From the NCBI RefSeq assembly GCF_009914755.1, contig NC_060929.1: 64,000 bases of DNA; one strand, given 5' to 3'. This document shows, one piece after another, positions 34,851 through 51,966 of the stretch. The position numbers and the translations under genes were made by a program. The notes beneath the pieces are model-generated. The model was not told the DNA's origin and did not search any database. It was given only the letters and a program-made list of their open reading frames with translations. The DNA is from the human T2T-CHM13v2.0 reference genome, Homo sapiens. Positions within the stretch are counted from its first letter, which is position 1; each line of letters starts with the position of its first letter.

Positions 34851-36805
34851 AAATTTAGACTAACTATAATACTCTAATATTCATATCAAATTAGCAAGAT
34901 ATACAAACTTCCAAAATTTTTATATAAAATTAAAATTGGGTTTAATGGGTCAAATGATCTAAATCAACATTTTGATGAAATTCATGTAATAAATCCTTGG
35001 CAAAAATCATTATTGCATTTGTTAATTATACTGTATTGGAACACAGAAAATCTTTTCCAATCTATTTGGATTGAGAAACATTTTATTTGTATTTTAGTGT
35101 TTAATCATTTCTGGCTCTCAGTCAAGCAAACAAAATATTCTGAAATGCTATAATGCATTTTCTCAATGCTACAAAGCTTCTGCAATCTTTTCTTACTTTA
35201 CTTTTCTTTCTTTTTTTTTTCTTAAGGTAGGTGAAATGCAACAGAAATACAAGATTTATATGTACCTAAGGAGGGATAAAATCTTTATGTCCATCACGTA
35301 CTTTATCTAATAAAGTAAGAATGTTAAAAAGACAGTTTTCCATTTGGGGAAATGAGGTAATGAAAATGATAGAATTCTGATTTCAAAGGATTATTTGTTG
35401 AAGTGTTAGTTTCCAAACAATCCAAACAGGTAAACCAAGGATTTTTTTTCTGGCTTTACATATGATATACTCTATTATTATAAATCTTATTATTATACAC
35501 TTTTTAAAATGTATTGGTTACATACAGTAAGTTTTGTGTCTTAAAACAAAAATATTTCTATCCCATTTGCTGCCATCTCTATCTCTTTCTGTATTAAAGC
35601 ACCCTTGTGAGAAAAGCTTGGTCTCTAGCAGTCTTGGGAGGACATCCAACCTGTCAGATCCTCCTTTCTGGGTTTATTTATAGCTAAATAAGAGATATAT
35701 ATATATATATAACCAATTTTACCTGAATAGTATGAAATAAATTCCATTTTAATTTTATTGTTTAATAAAAAGCCAGGAGAGGGTAGAGCCAAGATGGCCA
35801 AATAGGAACAGCTCCAGTCTACAGCTCCCACGTGAGTGACACAGAAGATGGGTGATTTCTGCATTTCCAACCGAGGTACTGGGCTCATCTCACTGGGGAA
35901 TGTTGGAAAGTGGGTGCAAGACAGTGGGTGCAGTGCCTCCAGCGTGAGCCGAAGCAGGGTGAGACATCGCCTCACCGGGGAAGTGCAAGGGGCCAAGGAA
36001 TTTCCTTTCCTAGTCAAAGAAAGGGGTGACAGATAGCACCTGGAAAATCGGGTCACTCCCACCCTAATACGGCTCTTTTCCAATGGTGTTAGCAAATGGC
36101 ACACCAGGAGATTATATCCTGTGTCTGGCTCAGAGGGTCCTACGCCCACAGAACCTCACTCATTGCTAGCACAGCAGTCTGAGATCAAACAGCAAGGTGG
36201 CAGCGAGGCTGGGGGAGGGGTGCCCACCATTGCGGAGGCTTGAGTAGGAAAACAAAGGGGCCAGGAAGCTCGAATTCGGTGGAGCCCACCGCAGCTCAAG
36301 GAGGCCTGCCTGCCTCTGTAGACTCCACCTCTGGGGGCAGGGAATTGCCAAACAAAAGGAAGCAGAATCCTCTGCAGACTTAAATGTCCCTGTCAGACAA
36401 CTTTGAAGAGAGTAGTGGTTCTCCCAGCACGCAGCTGGAGATCTCAGAACTGACAGACTGCCTCCTCAAGTGGGTCCCTGACCCCAAAATAGCCTAACTG
36501 GGAGGCACCCCCTAGTAGGGGCAGACTGACACCTCACACGGCCGGGTACCCCCCTGAGACAAAACTTCCAGAGGAACGATCAGGCAGCAACATTTGGTGC
36601 TCACCAGTATCTGCTGTTCTGCAGCCTCCGCTGCTGATACCCAGGCAAACAGGGTCTGGAGTGGTCCTCCAGCAAACTCCAACAGACCTGCAGCTGAGGG
36701 TCCTGACTGTTAGAAGGAAAACTAACAAACAGAAAGGACATCCACACCAAAACCCCATCTGTACATCACCGTCATCAAAGACCAAAGGTAGATAAAACCA
36801 CAAAG

Positions 36806-37821
36806 ATGGGGAAAAAACAGAGCAGAAAAACTGGAAACTCTAAAAATCAGAGCACCTATCCTTCTCCAAAGGAACACAGCACCTCACCAGCAACGGAACA
36901 AAGCTGGACAGAGAATGACTTTGACAGTTGAGAGAAGAAGGATTCAGACGATAAAACTACTCCAAGCTAAAGGAGGAAGTTCGAACCCATGGCAAAGAAG
37001 TTAAAAACCTTGAAAAAAAATTAGATGAATGGCTAACTAGAATAACCAATGCAGAGAAGTCCTTAAAGGACCTGATGGAGCTGAAAACCAAGGCATGAGA
37101 ACTACATGACGAATGCACAAGCCTCAGTAGCTGATTCAATCAACTGGAAGAAAGGGTATCAGTGATGGAATATCAAATGAATGAAATGAAGCGAGAAGAG
37201 AAGTTTAGAGAACAAAGAATAAAAAGAAACGAACAAAGCCTCCAAGAAATATGGGACTATGTGAAAAGACCAAATCTACGTCTGATTGGTGTACCTGAAA
37301 GTGAAGGGGAGAATGGAACCAAGTTGGAAAACACTCTGCAGGATATTATCCGGGAGAACTTCCCCAATCTAGCAAGGCAGGCCAACATTCACATTCAGGA
37401 AATACAGAGAATGCCAAAAAGATACTCCTCGAGAAGAGCAACTCCAAGACACATAATTGTCAGATTCACCAAAGTTGAAATGAAGGAAAAAATGTTAAGG
37501 GCAACCAGAAAGAAAGGTCAGGTTACCCACAAAGGGAAGCCCATCAGACTAACAGCTTATCTCTCGGCAGAAACTCTACAAGCCAGAAGAGACTGGGGGC
37601 CAATATTCAACATTCTTAAAGAAAAGAATTTTCAGCCCAGAATTTCATGTCCAGCCAAACTAAGCTTCATAAGTGAAGGAGAAATAAAATACTTTACAGA
37701 CAAGCAAATGCTGAGAGATTTTGTCGCCACTAGGCCTGCCCTAAAAGAGCTCCTGAAGGAAGCACTAAACATGGAAAGGAACAACCGGTACCAGCCACTG
37801 CAAAAACATGCCAAATTGTAA
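36806..37821 (+). pseudogene. L1 ORF1p remnant (frameshift and stops in the N-terminal part)
   Basis: ATG at 36806; ORF 37162-37821 is the ORF1p C-terminal part. Confidence 0.9.
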
Positions 37822-37884
37822 AGACCATCGAGGCTAAGAAGAAACTGCATCAACTAATGAGCAAAATAATCAGCTAACATCATA

Positions 37885-41699
<3,815 letters not shown>

Positions 41700-41911
41700 A
41701 CAATGGGAACACATGGACACAGGTAGAGGAACATCACACACTGGGGCCTGTTGTGGGGTGGGGGGAGGGGGGAGGGATAACATTAGGAGATATACCTAAT
41801 GTTAAATGACGAGTTACTGGGTGCTGCACACCAACATGGCACATGTATACATATGTAACTAACCTGCACGTTGTGCACATGTACCCTAAAACTTAAAGTA
41901 TTAAAAAAAAA

Positions 41912-41974
41912 GAACAGCTGCTATGTGCCCTCTGTTCACAGCAGAAACACCCTGTTAAAATAAATAAATAAATA
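41912..41974 (+). other. L1 3' transduction (45 bp) plus second A-rich tail
   Basis: Non-L1 sequence between the L1 poly(A) and an (AAAT)n tail, inside the TSD pair. Confidence 0.85.
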
Positions 41975-44900
41975 AATAAAAAGCCAGAAGTAGGAATTTT
42001 TATGAACTCTCCGAAGTTCAGTAAAATAACAGTACTGTACCTATTCTTTCGAAGAAGCATAAAAAATGTGATTTTCTTATATATGAACTTTTATGCAACT
42101 CCTAAAAGGATTTTCTAAGAACTTGAACTGTTTTAAACCTTTTTAAATGTAAGACTTTCTCTAATATCCAATCGTTAAGTTTCATACTTTTACCTCAGAG
42201 GGATCCTAAATGGATGTGTATTACATTTCAATTTAGTAATTCCAAAGATTGAGAAGGAGACATACTCCATCTTTAGAGTAGCCTTCAAAGGCTATTAGAC
42301 ATATAAGAGTCCTTAAACAAAACCTGCTAAAAGTCCAACATTTGATTCATTCTCTATTTTAGGCATAAATACGATTATAATTACAATATAACCTATATTT
42401 TATACAATTAAAGAGAAAATAAACTCATTTTCACAATTTTGATTTTCTTTTAAGAGGAAGTGTCAATCATATAATTTTTTCCATACTTATATTGAAAATT
42501 TGTTTCTGAATTGCATTAGGACAGGCTAGGCTATCCTGCTGTGATAGATATCCTGAAATCTCTATGACTTAACACAACAAAAGAACCTTTCCTTTTCATA
42601 AAAGTTCCAATGCAAGAAGGATTCTGTCTAGTATGTGGTGACTCCAGGATCCAGGTGGCTTCCATCTTGAAGTGCTGCACTCTCAACACGTGGCCTCAAT
42701 TACTGTGGAAGAGGCACCTTTCCTTCTACTTACAGGCCATTGACCAGAATTAGTTGCATATTCTCTGGCCTAACTATAAGGAAAGTTATGAAATACTCTT
42801 TTCTCTTGTGTTCAGGAAAAGAAAATGAAACAGGATTAGGTGAACACAAAGCATTGCTTTTGCCACAGTTTTAAGTGTAGATTCTTTGAAAGTACTTTTT
42901 CTGATACCAGTTAACCTTGGAAAAGGAGAACCAAATTAGAGTTGTTACTCATCTCTGATTCCTCCTGAACGTGATGGAAACTTTGAACAAAGCATGTACT
43001 CACATGCAATTGGCCATCCAATCACGGAATTTGGAATGACCCTGGTTTATTATTACCTTCAAGATTTAATGTCATTTTTAAAATTTTGATTGGATATTGA
43101 AAATGGAGATGGATTAGAAATATAAGAATCTTATCAGTTCATAGTATTGCCAAGCAGAGTAAAAGTATCCCATCATGACTTCAGGTTAGCTTTTTGAAAA
43201 TATTACTATCAAAAATGGTTTGTATGTCTCTGATAATAAATATGGTCTTGCAACTTCTACTTTATTAGCATTTGATGGAGCTGAGAACTTACATTAATAA
43301 AAATGAAATTATATCTAATAAAGTATAAATGTCACAAAGATAAATGAGGTATTTTCATAACTTAAAATTTTCTCTCTTCTTCAAGCATTTTTAACTTAAA
43401 ATAAAAACCAAAACTTTCTCCAAATTTTATAGTTTCAGGTTATTTTGAACTCAACCAGAATTATTTCTTTAAAACAAAATCTTCCTTCTGAACTTTGAAG
43501 TGTAGTCAGAGAAGGCTGAAATATTTGCTGTTGGTTTGCTTTATTAATGCGAAGACATCTTGAGTACAAAAGAGAATCAATGGCTATATATCTAACATAC
43601 CAAGATTTTTCCTTGGCACACAGGGCATTTGGAAGGGGCCATATAGCTGTCATTTGAGGTCTGTGGGTTGACCTACTGGGTACAACAGAAGGGTTATATA
43701 TGGTAGGTGGCCTGGCAGGTCTGAGCATTGGTACAATATTTATGAATTCTAGCTTTGCTCCTTGACTCTTTATAGTCTCAAATAAGTAACAGGTGAAATT
43801 CTGAAAAGTAACTCTACTGTTAGAAGTGATGCAAAGTTATATGTTAGCCAAACAAGCAAATGAAGCTTTTAAAAAATAATTCCACAGAAGAGATTTATTT
43901 TATTTTGTTATTAACAACATTGACAGCAAAAGCTGAGAATGAATAAGAAAAATGGGGAAAAGCACATTTTGAGATCTTAGCTTCAAGCTGAAAACATAAA
44001 GCTTTTTGTTTAATTTCAGCTTCATCCTTTAGTTGCAAAGCCATAAATGTAAACCAGAAAGCTAAGGGACAATTTTTAATGAAAGAGGAAAAGAACTCCA
44101 AGACAATAGCTTTCTTCTGTAAGCTACTCTTCCTTATCTCAAAATACAGGGCAGAAGATACAGCTTTCTGCAATATCCTGAGACATAAACCTCAGGAATT
44201 GCTAAGGCCAATGGTCAGAGGAGCCAAGAGAGAACCAGTCATGGCACATTGTGTGGCCAATACCAGTCACGGGACCAAACTGGGTCAACGTCTTAGCCAT
44301 TGGAGTGAAGATGGACTATGTGATAAGAGAGATCTGGAATACATCTGAAAGTGTCCTTAGTTGTAAGGCTTAAAGAATCAGTTATGGACCTTCCAGCTGG
44401 TGGCCCAAGATTATAGTCCCTTTGATGATAAGATACCTATAAAAGGAATACTAGCTGTTTATTAAAAAGTGTGTCTGTGTGTGTGTCTTGGGAAACTTGG
44501 GTACATATATGCCAAACCTAAATATTTAATAAAAATAAATATCATTTACCAATATTTTTGCCTTATTTCTTCTTAGATATTGTTTTAAAAAGTTCTAAGC
44601 CAAAAAGCCACCTCAATTATTACAAAGAAAGAAATACCTTAGAATAAGTAACCAGAATATTGTCTTGAAAACCAGAAATATTGAGCAAGAAAAGACTACG
44701 TGAGAAGGTAAGTCCAACACACAGTACCGTGACATGTAGATGTCCAGAACAGAAGACACTAGGAGACTCCAGATACGGCAGTGACAAATGCCCGTCCTGC
44801 ACCAGAAGTTATCAAACCTTCTAATTCAATCATTAGGTACTGAGCAAATGTGGAGACAGGCTGAAAATCATTTATCTAATTGACAAGGACCAGTGTGGGA

Positions 44901-45182
44901 TTTAGGAAAGGGGGAAAGTGAGTAACAGAAGAAAACACAATGATGGATAATTGAGGTCCTGAACTCATGGCTAGAGAGTTATAACTCCCAGGTAAGGTAA
45001 GATTCGTAGTTAATAAGGTGATACCAACAGCAGACATTTGGGATATATATTTCTCGATATAATTAAGTTGGTGGTTAATAAATGCTTTTATTATTTATCT
45101 GTTTTCCAAAGTTATGAATTAAATAACTCTTTGAGATACTGTAAAACCTAACTCACCTACCTGACCCAGATGTGACCATTTG

Positions 45183-45615
45183 ATAATCAAGGGTCCTAAT
45201 AATGTTCTGTGGTCAGGCATTCTTCCATAATTAACACACTTAGAGACACAGGTCCCTCAGTGGCTTCTGAGCTGAGGTTAGGCCTGGCTTTGACATCAGC
45301 CTAGTGTTGTACCTGCTGTCCTTTCACACATTCAAGGATATTTATTGAATGCCTGCATTGTGTAGGCTTTGTATGAGTAAGAACTAATCCTTGCTTTTCA
45401 GGTGAAAGGAGGGGTTGGAAAGGCTTTCTCTGGTGGTAGTTACTGTACTTACCACATTATTGGTCAGCCAAAGTCATTCCTCACAGGTTCGACACTGTGT
45501 GATGTCAAAGCCAGGACTAACCTCTGCTCAGAAGCCACTGAGGGACCTATCTCTTTAAGTGTGTTAATTATAAAAGAATCCCAGGCTACGGAACATGATC
45601 AGGACCCTAGATTAT
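45183..45615. repeat. Long inverted repeat (arms 45183-45298 and 45500-45615)
   Basis: Manual gap-free alignment, about 101/116 identical. Confidence 0.92.
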
Positions 45616-46338
45616 AGGTTATATATTAAAAGGAAACGAAAAGACCAATGTAAAGCAAATATGGGAAGTAATTTGCAGGAATGAGCTAAGTTAAAAGACT
45701 CAGTTGTTGAGAAAACCAGCTATGTTTTGGCAAGTCAAGCAGGCAAAGATAGTGGAGTGAACTGAGTGTGTACTTATGGAGCCCCCTCGAGGAAGCTTAC
45801 CCACCATATAGCTCCTTTAATAAGCTTTTCCACCTCAGCAGAATTGACCACTCCCAACTTTACCCACTGATGTACCACGAACAGTTTTCAGCACTTATAC
45901 CTTCAATTCAGTTGCTTTATTTTGTTTATTTTTTCACTAAAAACTGTCATATTCATCTTTGTATCACCAGCACCTAGCGTATTTGTTACTAACAGGGATT
46001 TAGGTGACAAATTACATTATCTGCCCTAGCGATTGGTATTGCACTGGTGGTAATCTAGACTTTGAGAGTGTGTCAGGTGAGAAGGTAGCTGGAATAATTA
46101 TGTTGGCTCCATACAGATGAACGATTCTTAGAATATATATCTTGTCTGCTCCATAGTGGTTTGCACAATGCTTAGCAAGGATCTAGTTTTTGCTCAATAC
46201 ATACACAATTACTTGATATTTAGACAAGCTGAGCCAAGCGTTAGTGCTTGCTTTATTTAACAGCTGATGGCTGATGGCTGCTCTTTAAAGTGGATGTAAA
46301 GGATGTGAAAAGAGAGTAGACAAGAAATATACCATTGG

Positions 46339-46641
46339 GGCCGGGCGCGGTGGCTCATGCCTGTAATCCTAGTACTTTGGGAGGCTGAGCGGGTGGATTA
46401 CCTGAGGTCAGGAGTTCAAGACCAGCCTGACCAACATGGTGAAACCCCGTCTCTACTAAATACAAAAAAATAGCCAAGAGTGGTGGTGCATGGCTACAAT
46501 CCAAGCTACTTGGGAGGCTGAGGCAAGGAGAATTGCTTGAACCTGGGAGGCGGAGTTTGCAGTGAGAGGAGACTGTGCCATTTCACTCCAGCCTAGGCAA
46601 CCAGTGCGAAAACTTTCTCTCAAAACAAAACAACAAAAAAA
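46339..46641 (+). mobile_element. Alu (AluS-like)
   Basis: Dimer; TSD GAAATATACCATTGG. Confidence 0.94.
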
Positions 46642-46659
46642 GGAAATATACCATTGGTT

Positions 46660-47405
46660 CTTAGGTATATGAAACAGGTACCCAAACTTATTCATAACAA
46701 AAGAATGTAAATTAAAACCACACTGATGTGGTTTTTACCTATTAATTGGCAAAGATCAGGAAACTTAGTAATGGTAGTTTCAAGAAAATGAAAGTGTAAA
46801 ACTAGTACAAACTAGAAAAGCTTCTAGACAGCAATTTTGTAATATCTATCAAAATTAAAAATATAGATACCCTTTGTTTCAAGAATCAATTTCCAAGGAT
46901 CCTAGGATCAATATGCTCATATGTGTAAAATGATGAGTCAGCAAAGTTAGTCCCTGCAGCATTGTTTGTGCAAGCAAAAGATTGGAAACAAACCAAATGT
47001 GTAGTCAGGAGGTACCTGTTTGAATAATGGCACTATGTACAGTGGAATATTATGCAACTATAAACAGAATGGGAATGCTTTCCTTTTGTGCGTGCTGGTA
47101 GAAGAATCCCTAATATATGCTAAGGAAAGACAAGAAAGGTACAGAACAGTGTTATAATTATGCTATCCTTTTGTAAAAGAAGAGAAAAAGTGTGTGTGTG
47201 TATGTGTGTGCACGTGCACTTTTACATGCATAAGATATCTTTGGAAGAAAACAGAAAAAACTAGTAACATTATTTACCCTTGAGAAAAAAACCAGGTGAC
47301 CAAGAGGTAGGAATGGGAAGGAGAGTTTTCCCTCTGTGTCCCTTCATGTTTTTGAAATGCAGAACCTTCTAACTACATGGCCTATAAAAAAAAAAATAAG
47401 TAAAA
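46660..47405 (+). mobile_element. Ancient L1 (L1ME-like) 3' remnant
   Basis: Decayed L1 3' motifs (AAATTAAAACCACA, GCAGCATTGTTTG, GTGGAATATTATGCA). Confidence 0.55.
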
Positions 47406-47498
47406 TAAACACAGTTAAGTGACACTGTGGTTCTTGGCAGGGAGCCAACGTTGTCATGGTCACTGGCTGCAGCTGTTACACTGGCGTGGTCACCTACA

Positions 47499-47512
47499 GT
47501 GACATCTACTGG
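47499..47512 (-). promoter_or_regulatory. CTCF-like motif
   Basis: Minus strand CCAGTAGATGTCAC, 13/14 to CCASYAGRKGGCRS. Confidence 0.4.
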
Positions 47513-48797
47513 TGCTTCCTAACAGCACTGTTAGGTCAGTATTTTTCAAACTTGATTTCAAAGTGGGCCATGGAACCAATGTAGTGGGTCCAACCAGCAT
47601 TAAAAAAGAAAGAAAGAAAGAAAGAAAGAAAGAATAGAAAATATCAGAGTACATAACAAGTAGTAAAGGTAAATAAGGATAAATACTGTTGTATGAACTC
47701 CTGATTTTTAAAATATTCTTATGTGTTCTGATATGTCTTTCTTACTGTGTCAAAAATGTTAGGAAGTCACCATCTTCGGTGGGGACCTTTCTCAGACAAT
47801 CTATTCTTCCACAATTCTCCTTGAGCAACCAAGATATTAACGGGGAAGACTTGAAGTTTCTATGCTGCTTGATCCAGAATTTTCTCACCATGGATGTGGG
47901 GTTCTCACCTTTGAAGGTTGGTCTCTGCTTATGTCTCCATTACCATTACATTGTCTCTGTTCATGCCAGCTCCAGGCTGTGTGTCTCCACACTCGAAGGC
48001 ACATTCTTTCTCCTTAGGAGTATATCCCATTCCATGGCATACTGTGGAGTTAACAGGGCTGACTGGAGTTTGGATGTGGTGGCTAAGACCAGAGACCTGG
48101 AATCCTTCATGCATCCTGAGCTTCAGAGACCCCTGTAACCATGTTCCTTTTCAGATTGACCCCAATTCCTTGACTCATGCAGCTGCACCATCAGCAATGC
48201 CTTTCTCTCCATCCCTGCTTCCTTCTATCTAGCTTTTTTCAAGATCTTGCCCAGGGTTACATCTTCCATGGAACTTTCCCTGATTCCCTCAGCCAAAGTG
48301 ACCTGTCATATAATCATCATGCTCTCTTGATTGCAATTGAAAGAAACACAACTCAAACTGGGTTTAAACAAAGAGAATTGGAGCTCAGCTAATTTAGAAG
48401 TTCACAAATAAGTTGGATCCACAGACTGAAAGATATCAGGAAGCATTACTTTGTTTTTCTCAGTGATCCTACCAAAAGATCCAAGATCTCACTAGCCTAA
48501 CCTGGGTCATTTGCCCAACACTGAATCAATCATTATAGCCCCTGAGGTTAGAATCCACTGATTGGCCAGTCTCAGATTACATGCTCTCCCCAAGAGAGCA
48601 TCTAGTCATAGAGAGAAGCTATGTGGAGTGTGAAAAAGGGGTGGTTCCTTGAATGTATTCGTCTAAAGTGCTGTCAACTGAAGAGGGAGAATGAATACTG
48701 GGCAAGCAAAAACAACATGTGTTCTTGTCAACTTGTAATCTGTACAGTGAAAACACCAACTTCTAAATATATTTTCTTGTGTTAATACTTTACCTAT

Positions 48798-49227
48798 GTG
48801 CTATGGTTTGTATGTTTGCACCCAACAAATCTCATGTTGAAATCTAATCCACAATGTGGTGGTGTTGGGATGCAAAGCCTAGTGGGAGATGTTTGGGTCA
48901 TGGAGGCAGATCCTGCATGAGCAGGTTAGTGCCCTTCCTTGGGGGTGAGTGAGTTCTCACTCTATTAGTTCCCTGGAGAGCTGATTGGTAAAAGAGTCTA
49001 GCACCTCCCTGCTCTCATACTTCCTCTCCAGCCATGTGATCTCTGCACAGCTGGCTCCCCTTTCCCTTCTGCCATGAGTGGAAGCAGCCTGAAGCCCTCA
49101 CCAGAAGCAGATGCCAGTGCCATGCTTCTTGTACAGTCTGCAGAACTGTGAGCCAAATAAACCTCTTTCCTTTGTAAATTACCCACCCTTGGGCATTCTT
49201 TTATAGTAACAAAAAATGGACTTAGGT
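48798..49227 (+). mobile_element. MST-type MaLR solo LTR (MSTB-like)
   Basis: TGCTATGGTTTG start; GCAGAACTGTGAGCCAAATAAACCTCTTT...AAATTACCCA near the end. Confidence 0.8.
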
Positions 49228-50880
49228 GCTATGTGAGCATGAATCATTTACAATAAAATTGTCAGACAAGTAAGATTAACATTTCACTTCTCAAGTTATA
49301 TTATTCAATTGTTCTACATTTTCCAGGCTTTGTCATTATTTGTTTTCTCTCAATTCTACTTAGATTTCCACTGACCAATTCTCATGGAGAATTGAGTAAT
49401 TAATCAGTTTATAAAATCTATAACAACTATAAAAATATTGAATTCATTGTGTTTTTGCCCATTGATTTTTGTCAAATATTTTAATCACAATAAACATTTT
49501 AAATTTATGAAAGGAAGACCAAAGTACATTTGGAGGAGGAAATCTCTCATTTCTGTTTTTGAGCATTCTTTCTCAGGAAACAGAACATATTTTTAAAGAG
49601 AAACATCTCAACACATCTGGTGTGATCTTCTAGTTATCTAGTTTAAGCCAAAAAAGGTGGCATCATCTGTTTTTCTTTCATACATTTTGAAACATGAGTT
49701 TCTGAAAGCTATTTCCTAACATATGTCAATTTAACATCTGCTGGTTTCTAACTGATAATGAGGAACAGTGCGCTGGCTGCCCCTCCAATAGTGCCAAGGT
49801 ATTTCCCATTAGAATTGTTTTCACTTTGGAATTGTCAGTAATATTTTTACTCTAGGATAGCCTATTTTCCTAACTTGAAGGAGATACATGAATGGAAGCA
49901 CAGAGAAGGAAGAATAAACAGATTGATATATTTACAGTTATGTGGCAGCACAGCAGAGAAAGATTTCAAAAAGAAATATTAGATAAGAAAGTCAATGTCA
50001 TAGGTCACAGATTAAACTCCTTCTCCTGGCAAAGCATGCTTCCCTATACTACATCTTAATTCACCCTTGTTATTCAATACCAAGAGTATTTGAAAACAGA
50101 ATTAAAATGTATTAACCATATCTAAAAGTACCCAACCATGTCCAAAGCTTCTCTAACATTTCTTCTCCTTTTTAATCCTTTGGTGCAATTTAAAGTGCAT
50201 CAGTGAACTTCAATTTCTGCCTGGAAATTCATAACAGAAAGATATTTTGACATTTATTTTTGAAAGAGGGAGCCTAAGTGTTTGTCCTGGGAGAGATCAG
50301 TATTTTTGCTTGCCCTAAAGTAATCTAGTGCTTAATAAACATTTAGTAATTTTCAGACCTAGTAATTTGGAGCCTGCAAATTATTGGTGTCATTTGTGTC
50401 TTTTAATACATTCTCCCTATCTCAATAACATTATTGCATTTTATTTCACTGGGCTTTAAAGTAGAGAGATCATTGTGGGCTTGTCAAGATCAAAGCTAGC
50501 TTCATATTGTTATTGCTATATTCTCAATGTCAAGCCAAGTGCTTCATATGCAATCAGTATAGAATGAATGAATCAATTTTGTCCCAAGATTCTGAGATAC
50601 AAAATTTACTTTTAGAGTCCTAAAAGTGGGGTATCTTGAATAGTCTTACATAAATTTTAAAAACCATCAAATTGACTTTGGTAAAGAAAGAAGAAATAAG
50701 TTCTAGGACTTACTTGGACTTCCATAAGGAAACTTTGATGGCAGGTCTCTCTAAATAAATTTGGGAGCTGACATACTACAAACCAAACACCATTTATGGT
50801 GATGGCTACTCAATAACTTTTCAGTGAAGATAGTGGTTCTGAATATACTTGTAAGGCTTGTGGAAAGAGAAGGAACTTTG

Positions 50881-51390
<510 letters not shown>

Positions 51391-51577
51391 TATGATAACC
51401 ATTCCTGATATTAGCTGCTCTGATAATATTCAGAGAACAGACTCAACTGCACGTAACCCAAACCCTTTAAAGCCTTATAAGTTAAAGCTAAACTCACCCT
51501 ATGTTGTGTTAGTCAATATAGCAGAATGGTAACTAAAGACCCTACAGGTAAATGTGTATATTTGCATACATTCATAA

Positions 51578-51966
51578 TTTTTTTCTTTCTTTTCTTCTTT
51601 TTTTTTTCTTTTCCTTTCTTTCCTGTTCTCTCCCTCCCTCTCTCCCTCCTTCTTTTCTTTTCTTCTTTCTTTTTGTTTCATTTTTGACAATATCTCACTC
51701 TGTCGCCCAGGCTGGAGGGCAGTGGCACAATCTGGCTCACTGCAGCCCTGACCTCCCAGGTTCAAGCAATCCTCCCACCTCAGCTTCTGGAGTAGCTGGG
51801 ACTACAGGTGCACACTGGCAAGCTCGGCTAATTTTTTGTATTTTTTGTAGAGATGGGGTTTTGCCATGTTGCCCATGGCTGGTCTCAAACTCTGGGGCTC
51901 AAGCGATCCACCTGCCTCGGCCTCCCAGAGTGCTGGTATTACAGGCCTAAGGCACCATGCCTGGCC
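51578..51966 (-). mobile_element. AluJ-like with long CT-rich tail
   Basis: Reverse dimer with polypyrimidine tail. Confidence 0.9.

Noticed and set aside
44600-44714. Strong splice donor GAAG|GTAAGT near 44708
   Set aside because: No convincing acceptor or coding frame; such motifs occur by chance
47689-48232. Overlapping 149-aa and 104-aa ORFs
   Set aside because: No recognisable domain, partly in decayed repeat sequence, and no exon structure
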